From: Lentimicrobiaceae bacterium
Lineage (GTDB): Bacteria > Bacteroidota > Bacteroidia > Bacteroidales > F082
Direction: 5' to 3'
NCBI GenBank assembly: GCA_018661505.1
Contig: JABJIE010000015.1
Span: forward strand, 8,424-72,423
Length of the DNA: 64,000 nucleotides
Shown here piece after piece: positions 47,622-55,931 of the stretch (position 1 is its first letter; every line of letters starts with the position of its first letter). Made by a program: the position numbers and the translations under genes. Below the pieces are notes generated by a model. That model was given only the letters and a program-made list of their open reading frames with translations, was not told where the DNA came from and searched no databases.

Positions 47622-48898
47622 CATCTAAGAGCAGTCTTATAAGCTTCCATTGCCCTATTTCGTGCATACTTATGTTCGATAATTGGTTTAATATAATTGT
47701 CCGAATCAAAGTTTGGTATCCATTTATTAATGTATTGATTCTGATTATCAAATTTCTTTTGTTGTTCAATTGGATTAAATATCCGAAAATATGGCGCAGC
47801 ATCGCACCCTGTACCTGCTGCCCATTGCCAGTTACCATTATTTGAGGACAATTCATAATCCAATAATTTTTTAGCAAAATAAGCTTCTCCCCATCTCCAG
47901 TCAATTAATAGATGCTTGCATAAAAATCCTGCAGTAACCATTCTAACCCTATTATGCATGTAACCTGTTTGATTTAATTCTTTCATACCAGCATCAACAA
48001 TTGGATAGCCTGTGGTGCCATTGCACCAGTTTTCAAAATCACTTTTACTATTTAACCAATTAATGCTATCATATTTTGATCTAAAATTACCAGAGATAAC
48101 TTTGGGGAAATTGAATAATATCTGCATGAAAAATTCACGCCAAATAAGTTCACTTGTAAACGCATAATTTTTATTAAAAACCTTTTGCAGAACCAAACGA
48201 ATACTAACGGTTCCAAATCTTAAATGAGGACTTAAATGACTCGTGGAATGTAAATATGGGTAATTTCGTTCCGTAGAGTAATTATCTAAGTCTTCAATAT
48301 TAAATGGTTTGACCTTTATGGATGACCTAATGAAACCGAGTTCTTCTAAAGTGGGTATTCTATGATTCGAAATAATGTAGTTTAGATTTTGTTCAGATTC
48401 TTTTTCTATTGGCAAAATCTCTTTAAAGGAGGATAACCATTTGTTTTTGTAAGGTGTATAAACAGTATATGGATGTCCATCATTTTTAGAGATTTCATTT
48501 TCTTCAAAGATTACTTGATCTTTATAAGTTATGAAATTAATTTTTTTTCTTCTAAGGGACTGGCCAATTTCATAGTCTCTCTCTAGAGCATAAGGCTCAT
48601 AATCTTTATTAGCATAAACATCGGAGATATTATACTTGTCTACAAGCTTTTCTAAAACTGACTTTGGATTTCCCTTTAATATAAGTAGTGATGAATTATA
48701 ATTGTGAAGTTGCTTATCTATTCCCAGGAGGTTATCATGTATAAAAGATATTCTAGGATCATCAATGTCTAGTTCTTTTGTGATATTATCATCAAAAATA
48801 AATACAGTTAAAACTGGATTACCTCTTTGAATTGCTTTAAGGAGAGCAGTATTATCATCTAATCTTAAATCTCGGCGAAACCAGAACAGAGAGTTCAT
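47621..48898 (-). CDS. phr: Cryptochrome/photolyase-family flavoprotein (CPD photolyase or Cry-DASH type)
   Basis: 425 aa. 'LFWFRRDLRLDDN', 'TGYPIVDAGMKELNQTGYMHNRVRM', 'WGEAYFAKKLLDYELSSNNGNWQWAAGTGCDAAPYFRIFNP'. Confidence 0.9.
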   Translation of the reverse strand: MNSLFWFRRDLRLDDNTALLKAIQRGNPVLTVFIFDDNITKELDIDDPRISFIHDNLLGIDKQLHNYNSSLLILKGNPKSVLEKLVDKYNISDVYANKDYEPYALERDYEIGQSLRRKKINFITYKDQVIFEENEISKNDGHPYTVYTPYKNKWLSSFKEILPIEKESEQNLNYIISNHRIPTLEELGFIRSSIKVKPFNIEDLDNYSTERNYPYLHSTSHLSPHLRFGTVSIRLVLQKVFNKNYAFTSELIWREFFMQILFNFPKVISGNFRSKYDSINWLNSKSDFENWCNGTTGYPIVDAGMKELNQTGYMHNRVRMVTAGFLCKHLLIDWRWGEAYFAKKLLDYELSSNNGNWQWAAGTGCDAAPYFRIFNPIEQQKKFDNQNQYINKWIPNFDSDNYIKPIIEHKYARNRAMEAYKTALR

Positions 48899-48909
48899 TA
48901 TTTTATTAG

Positions 48910-49392
48910 TTAATTATTCGTTGGGCCAAATAGGTGCACTAATTTTTTTTCTCTAAAATTGAAGATATTACGTAATTCTTTTTTAATTATTACGTAGTTT
49001 ATAATTGCTCCTAAGAACCCAATGGGGGGTTTGTAAGTGATTGTATCTTTCATTAAAACTCCATCTGTCATAGGAACTAAAGTATGCTCATGATACCATA
49101 ACTTATATGGACCATGTAATTGATTGTCCACGAAATAGAGACCTTCTTTTACATGGGCAATTTCTGTTACCCAACTCATGGATATTCCCAGTAAAGGTTT
49201 CACCTTATATTTAATTATTTGACCTTCATGCATTTTATTTGGTAACGTGCCTGACGTAATATTGAAACCCATATGCTCTGGAGTAATGGTTTTAAGATTC
49301 GTGGGATTTGAAATAAAGTCCCACGCTTCTTCCATTGTTGTGTTTAATTTCTGCTCTCTTTTAAATTGATAAACTGGCATTCTAATGGTCAT
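48910..49392 (-). CDS. SRPBCC-superfamily (START/Bet v1-like) protein
   Basis: 160 aa. The size and pattern (..AWDFISNP.NL..ITP........G........G..I.Y.V.P..G......VTEI......YFVD.Q..GPY..W.H.H) fit the small SRPBCC proteins often found beside photolyases. Confidence 0.65.
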   Translation of the reverse strand: MTIRMPVYQFKREQKLNTTMEEAWDFISNPTNLKTITPEHMGFNITSGTLPNKMHEGQIIKYKVKPLLGISMSWVTEIAHVKEGLYFVDNQLHGPYKLWYHEHTLVPMTDGVLMKDTITYKPPIGFLGAIINYVIIKKELRNIFNFREKKLVHLFGPTNN

Positions 49393-49398
49393 TTAAAT

Positions 49399-49941
49399 TT
49401 AATAAAATTCTATGTAATCAATATCAATTTCAAAATTACCTTGTTTCTTGTTGCTAACTATTAACCCTATCCTTATAATATCGTTAAAATCACTAGAATT
49501 AAGATTTTTTTCTGTTTGCCTATTTAGCTGGTATTCTTTAAAATTTTTTAGAGGTATTAGTGTTGTCTTCCATACCCATGATGTTGTTTCTAAGGCTGTC
49601 TTAAAATAAGGAAGGTAATAGGCGTCGTTTTTTAGTAGTCTAACACTTACTTTTTGACCCCTGCTTCTATAGCGAACCTTCATAATTGTAAAATCTGAAA
49701 GGTTTATATTGCTTTTAAAACTTCTTACAGAAGCAAAACCGCCATTGTTTTGAAGGGAAATAGTACCCTCAAAATTCATATAATTGTTAGAGATGTTGGC
49801 AGTTGAATTAGATAGTCCACCCATAACTCCATCATTAACTACTAACCATTTATTTCCTTGCTTTGATTTACCAAAATCTATTACATAATTAGTAGAGATA
49901 GTTTGCGTCACAATCGCGATAAGTATAAGTATAGTTTTCAT
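49399..49941 (-). CDS. CIA30-domain (complex I intermediate-associated protein 30-like) secreted protein
   Basis: 180 aa with a signal peptide. 'W.VVNDGVMGGLSNS', 'NNGGFASVRS', C-terminal 'F.IDIDYIEF'. Confidence 0.8.
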   Translation of the reverse strand: MKTILILIAIVTQTISTNYVIDFGKSKQGNKWLVVNDGVMGGLSNSTANISNNYMNFEGTISLQNNGGFASVRSFKSNINLSDFTIMKVRYRSRGQKVSVRLLKNDAYYLPYFKTALETTSWVWKTTLIPLKNFKEYQLNRQTEKNLNSSDFNDIIRIGLIVSNKKQGNFEIDIDYIEFY

Positions 49942-49960
49942 GTTTTTTTAAAATAAAGGA

Positions 49961-50014
49961 GACCGGGTCACATAACGAAGTGCGTATGAGGAACTCGTTA
50001 TACGATACCCGGTC
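49961..50014 (-). terminator. 54-nt imperfect stem-loop between the DUF4397 stop and the CIA30 start (terminator/attenuator candidate)
   Basis: Outer stem GACCGGGT (49961-49968) / ACCCGGTC (50007-50014). Inner stem ATAACGA (49972-49978) / TCGTTAT (49995-50001). On the minus strand it is followed by TCCTTTATTTT and ends only 20 nt before the CIA30 ATG. Confidence 0.45.
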
Positions 50015-50034
50015 AGTGGAAAAGATTGTTTTAA

Positions 50035-51087
50035 TTAATTTAAAAAATTCACTTTACGTGTTGTAATCATGTTTCCTGTTGCTATCCTAAGGAAATATAT
50101 TCCACTAGATAGAGTAGAGATATCAATTGAGTTTGTTTGTGTAGATTTCAATATGTATCCTGGAGTGGTAGTTTGAACCAATGTTCCTGTGATGTCATAT
50201 AGGTCTATGTTCACAAATGAATCTTCCAATAGAGTGTAATTTATATTTACTACTGATGTAGCTGGATTTGGAAAGACCGAAATAGAATTCTTGTCTAAAA
50301 CTGATTCCAGAACTGAAGTTACCAATGGTAACTCTACCAATGTTCCTCCCTCTGGTAATGCAACCCATAAACCAAAAGATGGGCCATTTTCATTGTTAGA
50401 AGGATTCAAGAACCCTGAAGCTACAATAGTTATGGCATAATTATCTAAGCCAAGTGCAGCTAATGGCGCCTCGTATTCTGCCACAGTTGTGCTACCTGTT
50501 TCATCTCTTACGGCTAAGCGATAGTTATCAGTTGGAAGCTCTAAATATCCGGCATAATCTCCGTACATTAAATCGTCTACTATTGTCCCGGCGCCTACAC
50601 CAACTTCTACTATATCAACAGTTGGCGCATCAGTTGAACCATGGAACACTAAAACATCTGTATTGGATGGATTGGTAGCTTCCTCTCTCGCCATGGAATA
50701 AACGTAAATATCGAATGGTTTCACTGGATCATAACCGCTAGGACTTACTATACCATTTGCAATAAGAATATATTTTTCATCTGCTTGAAGAGTATAATTC
50801 TGAGACCAAATTGGGTTGTCTGGACTTGAACTACCTGGACCTGCAATTGAAATTGTGAATTCTTGATCAGCTGGTGCATCGATAAATGGAGTAGCAGATC
50901 TAAATTCAAAGTTGTCAATTAATAGCACATCATCAAGCCAAACATCTACAAACTCTGCAGCATTATCTGCGGAATTATGGATAACTTGGACACGTGCGGT
51001 TGGGTTTTGGGCTATTGCTGAGATATGTGAAAAGCCTAGTATCAATGCAATAAATGTTGCGAAAATAACTTGTGATTTTGTTTTCAT
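50035..51087 (-). CDS. Secreted DUF4397-domain protein with a T9SS C-terminal sorting domain
   Basis: 350 aa with a signal peptide. Two DUF4397-like units ('ARVQVIHNSADNAAEFVDVWLDD...', 'DVLVFHGSTDAPTVDIV...YGDYAGYLELPTDNYRLAV'). CTD 'VFPNPATSVVNINY...GIYFLRIATGN'. Confidence 0.75.
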   Translation of the reverse strand: MKTKSQVIFATFIALILGFSHISAIAQNPTARVQVIHNSADNAAEFVDVWLDDVLLIDNFEFRSATPFIDAPADQEFTISIAGPGSSSPDNPIWSQNYTLQADEKYILIANGIVSPSGYDPVKPFDIYVYSMAREEATNPSNTDVLVFHGSTDAPTVDIVEVGVGAGTIVDDLMYGDYAGYLELPTDNYRLAVRDETGSTTVAEYEAPLAALGLDNYAITIVASGFLNPSNNENGPSFGLWVALPEGGTLVELPLVTSVLESVLDKNSISVFPNPATSVVNINYTLLEDSFVNIDLYDITGTLVQTTTPGYILKSTQTNSIDISTLSSGIYFLRIATGNMITTRKVNFLN

Positions 51088-51139
51088 TTTAGTAATATTT
51101 TGTGATTATAGTTTAGTTTCTTAGTTTGGGTAATCAGTT

Positions 51140-51193
51140 GTGATTTTAATAGTTAGCCAGTGGGACGAGGCCGCACCGACTAACTAAAATCAC
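51140..51193 (-). other. 54-nt stem-loop with a GC-rich apex between the fasciclin stop and the DUF4397 start
   Basis: GTGATTTTA..TAGTTAG pairs with CTAAC.TAAAATCAC. The inner AGCCAGTG/CACCGACT pairs allow G-U. The local GC-rich core gtgggacgaggccgcaccg stands out in AT-rich surroundings. No clear U-tract follows. Confidence 0.4.
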
Positions 51194-51204
51194 GTCATTG
51201 GAAT

Positions 51205-52566
51205 CTAATTTGGGAGTAATACAGCGTCAATTACATGGATTACTCCATTTGTTGCATTTGTATTAACCGCGATAATTTTGCTTGTTTCGTTTATTGTTAA
51301 GTTTGCTAGATTAATCGATATGTTTTGACCTTGAACAGTTGCCAGATCACCATTTGGACCTAATATACCTGGAAGATCAGTACTATAAGCACGCCCTGAA
51401 ACAACATGATATGTTAGAACAGAGATTAGTACGTCTAGTGGTATATCATTTAAACTGTTCCACTGTGGACTGCTGTCTAATAATGCTTGAAATGCTGCAT
51501 TAGTAGGTGCGAACACTGTGAATGGACCATTACTACTGAGAACTGAAATTAAATTTTGTTCTGGAGTTCCTTCATTGGCTGTTCTTTGCAAAGCAGCAAC
51601 AAGTGAAGTGAATTCACCGTCTTCAGTAAGGGCAACAGCTGTCTCAACAATATTTCCTACAGGAGGAAGTAGTACATTATTAATTACATGCACAACACCT
51701 GATCCACTTTCAATATCAACTCCTACAATCTCGGTGCTTCCATTGATGAAATTTCCTGATTCAGTAAGACTGAAATAAATATTATTTCCATTTAATGTTG
51801 AGGCTTCCCTTGGAATATCGGAACTCAGTACTTTAGCTCCTACTACATGATACGTTAGGACTGCGCCAAGGGTTGCTGCATCTATGTTTTCAGGATTGAT
51901 ACCCGCAGCGTTAAATGCATCATTGGTTGGTGCAAAAATTGTTAAATTAGGAGTTGTCAATAAGGCTGTTACTAGGTCAGCCTTAACTGCTGCCGCGATT
52001 AAGGTAGAAAAGTTCTTATTAAAATAAGCTGGTTCCAATACAGTATTAACAAACTGTAAAATTGCAGCTGGAACTAAAACCTGATCAATGGTGTGTATAA
52101 CTCCATTTGAAGCAATTACATCATACGGCATGATAACATTTGCGTCATTCACCATAATTCCGGATGATATACTTACGGTCACATCTGTGCCTTGAAGAGT
52201 TTGAACCATGCCAGCTTGGAGTTGAGTTGAAATTACGCTTGATGGAACAACATGATAGAGGAGTATCTGTTGAAGAACTTCCACAGGTACATCGTTGATA
52301 TCTGTTTGTCCTATTGCACCCAGAAGAGCTGCAAAAGCTTCGTCTGTGGGTGCAAATACTGTGAAAGGCCCTGCACCTTGAAGATCGTCATCTAAACCGG
52401 CAATGGTTAGAGCGGTCGCAAGGGAGTTAAACCCACTCGCCTGAGCAATTTGAACAATGTTGTCCGGCTGAACTGGAGTGGGATCGTTATCGTCATCTTT
52501 ATTGCATCCTGCAAAAATTAAAGAAGAGGAAATTAAAAGTGCTAATGTTAAAAATTGTGTTTTCAT
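51205..52566 (-). CDS. Lipoprotein with three FAS1 (fasciclin) domains
   Basis: 453 aa with lipobox SSSLIFAGC. Repeated 'GPFTVFAPT(D/N)(E/A)AF', 'L.YHVV', 'NGVIHVID.VLLP' motifs occur three times. Confidence 0.85.
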   Translation of the reverse strand: MKTQFLTLALLISSSLIFAGCNKDDDNDPTPVQPDNIVQIAQASGFNSLATALTIAGLDDDLQGAGPFTVFAPTDEAFAALLGAIGQTDINDVPVEVLQQILLYHVVPSSVISTQLQAGMVQTLQGTDVTVSISSGIMVNDANVIMPYDVIASNGVIHTIDQVLVPAAILQFVNTVLEPAYFNKNFSTLIAAAVKADLVTALLTTPNLTIFAPTNDAFNAAGINPENIDAATLGAVLTYHVVGAKVLSSDIPREASTLNGNNIYFSLTESGNFINGSTEIVGVDIESGSGVVHVINNVLLPPVGNIVETAVALTEDGEFTSLVAALQRTANEGTPEQNLISVLSSNGPFTVFAPTNAAFQALLDSSPQWNSLNDIPLDVLISVLTYHVVSGRAYSTDLPGILGPNGDLATVQGQNISINLANLTINETSKIIAVNTNATNGVIHVIDAVLLPN

Positions 52567-52750
52567 TTGTTTGTGATTTAATTTTAGTGATTTTAATTTA
52601 TTGTCTAACTAATAATTTGTAAATATTCGACAAAGTAAAGGTAAATAATTTAAATGACCAAGAATAAAGTGGAAAAAATTAGACAAAAAATACTTTGTAA
52701 CTGATAATCAATGCATTAAAATTCGGTAAATATTTAAATATTAAAAAAAA

Positions 52751-52781
52751 TGTCTATATTTACAATCTAAATAGGTAGACA
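52751..52781. promoter_or_regulatory. Imperfect palindrome overlapping the start codon of the MerR/B12 regulator; candidate autoregulatory operator
   Basis: TGTCTA-TATTTA (52751-52762) ... TAAATA-GG-TAGACA (52768-52781). The arms are exact reverse complements apart from the GG bulge. Confidence 0.3.
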
Positions 52782-53665
52782 TGGAATCATATTCAGTGGC
52801 ACAAGTTGAATCAATTACAGGAATTAGTGGTCATAAATTAAGAATTTGGGAAAGGCGTTACAAGTTTCTCAAACCAAAGAGAACACCTACGAACATAAGG
52901 TTTTACACAGCAGACGATCTAAAGCTCCTTATTAATGTGGGAATTTTAACAAGACATGGGAATCGAATATCCAAGATAGGCAGCCTATCCAGTAAGGAAA
53001 TATCTGAAAAGGTAATAGAGCTTCTAACTGATACAGATACAGACTTTGAAGATGATATATCAAGTTTAATGTTAAGCGCAATAAACTTTGACGAAAATCT
53101 TTTTAATAATATTTTTCAACGTCAACTGGTTAGAAGTGGATTTTTAGCAACCATAACAGATCTAATTTATCCTTTTCTAAATCGTGTAGGTGTAATGTGG
53201 ACAGCTAGCAGGATAATTCCATCCCAGGAACATTTTATTACGAACCTAGTTAGACAAAAAATAATAAGCTCTATCGATAGCTTGCAACAACCAGCGCATG
53301 ATGCACCTGAAATACTTTTGTTCCTGTTCGAAGGTGAGGATCATGAACTGCCACTGTTAATTGCCTCATTCATTATTAAAGATTTAGGATGGAAAGTATA
53401 CTATCTTGGTCAAAATATTCCCTTAAATGATATCGTTACAATAATTAAAAAAAGAAACATACCAACTGTTATGTCTATGATTACAGCACCGCAAATTGAT
53501 AAGGTATCCAATCTAATCTACGACCTGATATCAAATACCGACGTTCACCTTATATTATCTGGAAGCAAGAAAAACATCCCAAATTTCGAAAATCTAGAAA
53601 CTGTTTCCGTTGTAAATAATCCTAAGGAACTTATATCACAACTACATAATCTCAGTAATAGGTAA
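52781..53665 (+). CDS. MerR-family regulator with a C-terminal cobalamin-binding module (CarH/LitR-type light-responsive repressor candidate)
   Basis: 294 aa. N-terminal MerR HTH (YSVAQVESITGISGHKLRIWERRY). Wx9EH motif at W140...E150-H151 (VMWTASRIIPSQEHF). Rossmann-like B12 domain with candidate axial His188 in 'LFLFEGEDHELPLLIASFIIKDLGWKVYYLGQNIP'. Confidence 0.8.
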   Translation: MESYSVAQVESITGISGHKLRIWERRYKFLKPKRTPTNIRFYTADDLKLLINVGILTRHGNRISKIGSLSSKEISEKVIELLTDTDTDFEDDISSLMLSAINFDENLFNNIFQRQLVRSGFLATITDLIYPFLNRVGVMWTASRIIPSQEHFITNLVRQKIISSIDSLQQPAHDAPEILLFLFEGEDHELPLLIASFIIKDLGWKVYYLGQNIPLNDIVTIIKKRNIPTVMSMITAPQIDKVSNLIYDLISNTDVHLILSGSKKNIPNFENLETVSVVNNPKELISQLHNLSNR

Positions 53666-53698
53666 TTTCTAACGGAATTAATTACTATCATTGCCCAC

Positions 53699-54745
53699 AT
53701 GAAACAAAATCTTTTTGGCAAGAGTTTACCAGAACTCCAGGATGTGGTTGCTCAGCTAGGGCTGCCAAGATTTACTGCCAAACAAATGGCCCAATGGCTA
53801 TATCAGAAAGATATTACCTCCATTGATGAAATGACAAACCTCAGCAAAAAAGCAAGGGGTATGTTGAGCGATAAATACTTGTTGGGACTTTCTGCTCCTA
53901 TTTCAGCTCAGGAATCAAAAGATGGAACAAAGAAATATTTATTTAGTATAGGCGACAATGGATATATTGAATCAGCCTTTATTCCTGAATCCAAAAGAAA
54001 TACTATTTGTGTTAGTTCTCAGGTTGGATGTAAAATGAGATGCTTGTTCTGCATGACAGGGCGTCAAGGGTTAAAATCAAACCTTACCGCAGGGGAAATC
54101 CTTAATCAAATTAGAAGCTTACCTGAATGGCAAAAATTGACGAATATTGTTTTTATGGGAATGGGTGAACCCCTTGATAATTTGGATGCTGTACTCAAAA
54201 GTTTAGATATTTTAACTTCAGAATGGGGTTTTGGATGGAGTAAACGTAAAATAACTGTAAGTACAATTGGAATTGTTCCTGCAATGAGACGGTTTTTGAT
54301 AGAGAGTGAATGTCATTTGGCCGTTAGTTTGCATTCTCCCTTTGAATCGGAGCGAAAAATGCTAATGCCAGTTAGCCATGTACATTCAATTGAAAGTATA
54401 GTTAAAGAAATTAAAAGGCATGACTTGGGAAGACATCGTAGAATATCCTTTGAATACATTGTTTTTGGTGGAATTAATGATACATCTAAGCACGTGAAGG
54501 AAATGGCAAGGGTTCTAAATGGTATAAATTGTAGGATTAATCTAATACGATTTCATGAAATACCCAAAACACCTCTTGCATCAACCGATGAAAGACGATT
54601 ACAAATTTTTAAGGATGCGTTAAGCAATAAAGGCATTTTTACTTCAGTAAGAGCTTCTCGTGGCCAAGATATTGATGCTGCGTGTGGATTGTTATCTACT
54701 AAAAATCAACAGCCTGCCATACCTGAAATTAAAACTATTGCATAA
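53699..54745 (+). CDS. rlmN: 23S rRNA (A2503-C2)/tRNA A37 methyltransferase RlmN (radical SAM)
   Basis: 348 aa. 'FRAKQ-like FTAKQMAQWLY', 'CVSSQVGCKMRCLFCMTG', 'NIVFMGMGEPL', 'IDAACGLL'. Confidence 0.95.
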   Translation: MKQNLFGKSLPELQDVVAQLGLPRFTAKQMAQWLYQKDITSIDEMTNLSKKARGMLSDKYLLGLSAPISAQESKDGTKKYLFSIGDNGYIESAFIPESKRNTICVSSQVGCKMRCLFCMTGRQGLKSNLTAGEILNQIRSLPEWQKLTNIVFMGMGEPLDNLDAVLKSLDILTSEWGFGWSKRKITVSTIGIVPAMRRFLIESECHLAVSLHSPFESERKMLMPVSHVHSIESIVKEIKRHDLGRHRRISFEYIVFGGINDTSKHVKEMARVLNGINCRINLIRFHEIPKTPLASTDERRLQIFKDALSNKGIFTSVRASRGQDIDAACGLLSTKNQQPAIPEIKTIA

Positions 54746-54860
54746 TATATTTATACTGATTCCTCAATACAACAAATACTGATGTAAGCATAAACAATAT
54801 TAATATCCCGGCATGTGGGAAATAAAAATGCCTAATTTTGTCATTTTATAATGTTATAGG

Positions 54861-55928
54861 ATGGGTAGAGGATTTGCAAGTGATAATTGGTCTGGAGTTT
54901 GTCCAGAAATTATGAGAGCTCTTAATGATGTAAATGAAGGACATATTTTTGCCTACGGTGAAGGTAACGAAGAAATTTCTGCTACATCTCGTGAAATATT
55001 TAAGAAATATTTTGGTGATGATATAGAAATATTCTTTGTTTACAATGGAACAGCAGCAAATGTATTATCAATTAAACATATAATACAATCTTATCAAGCA
55101 ATAATAACGGCAAATACTGCTCATCTTACTGAGGATGAATGCGGTGCTCCAGAAAAATTTATAGGCTCAAAAATACTTGAAGTAAATTCCACTGATGGTA
55201 AGATTACTCCTGAGCAAGTAGAGCCTTTTATGAATAGTATTGGATTTCAGCATCACAGTCAGCCAAAGATTATTTCAATATCTCAGGTAACGGAAATGGG
55301 CACTGTATATTCACCCCAGGAAATAAGAACTCTTGCCGATTACGCTCATGCAAATAATATGTATTTACACATGGATGGAGCTAGAATTAGTAATGCAGCT
55401 GTTTCATTGGGATCTGATTTTAAAAGTTTTACAACAGATGTAGGAGTTGATATACTTTCATTTGGGGGAACAAAAAATGGTTTGATGTTTGGAGAGGTAG
55501 TTATATTCTTTAATAAAGAATTAGCTAATGATTTTGAATACACCAGAAAACAAGGGATGCAATTACATTCTAAAATGAGATTTATTGCTGCTCAGTTTAC
55601 ACAATATCTAACCAATGATTTGTGGCGCAAAAATGCTCAAATAGCTAATGATAAGGCAAAAGAACTTGCTAAAAAAATTTCCAATATAAAACATCTAAAA
55701 GTAAGTCAGGATACCCAAGCAAATGGTGTATTCGTTATGATACCAGTGGGGATTATTCCAATTTTACAGAATGAGTATTTTTTCCATGTATGGAATGAAA
55801 CTCCACAATTAATTAATGATGTTGAATATAAAGAGGTGAGATTAATGTGTTCATGGGATACTACGGATGGCGATATAAATGGGTTCATTGATCTGACTAA
55901 AAAAATACTAGAAAAAAACGGCATTTAG
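54861..55928 (+). CDS. ltaE: Low-specificity threonine aldolase (PLP, beta-eliminating lyase family)
   Basis: 355 aa. 'FASDN', 'NGTAANVLS', 'HMDGARI.NA', 'SFGGTKNG' (PLP lysine). Confidence 0.85.
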   Translation: MGRGFASDNWSGVCPEIMRALNDVNEGHIFAYGEGNEEISATSREIFKKYFGDDIEIFFVYNGTAANVLSIKHIIQSYQAIITANTAHLTEDECGAPEKFIGSKILEVNSTDGKITPEQVEPFMNSIGFQHHSQPKIISISQVTEMGTVYSPQEIRTLADYAHANNMYLHMDGARISNAAVSLGSDFKSFTTDVGVDILSFGGTKNGLMFGEVVIFFNKELANDFEYTRKQGMQLHSKMRFIAAQFTQYLTNDLWRKNAQIANDKAKELAKKISNIKHLKVSQDTQANGVFVMIPVGIIPILQNEYFFHVWNETPQLINDVEYKEVRLMCSWDTTDGDINGFIDLTKKILEKNGI

Positions 55929-55931
55929 ATT

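Noticed and set aside
47486-47904. 119-aa plus-strand and 102-aa minus-strand ORFs around 47.5-47.9 kb
   Set aside because: The plus-strand ORF reads straight through tRNA-Leu and its terminator. The minus-strand ORF is an alternative frame of the photolyase gene. Both are artefacts.
52755-52782. CarH-style tandem 11-bp direct repeats (nAnnTnnACAn)
   Set aside because: Only two matches are present, and they start 17 nt apart rather than lying in contiguous 11-nt register. I keep the palindrome as the observation and do not claim a canonical CarH operator.
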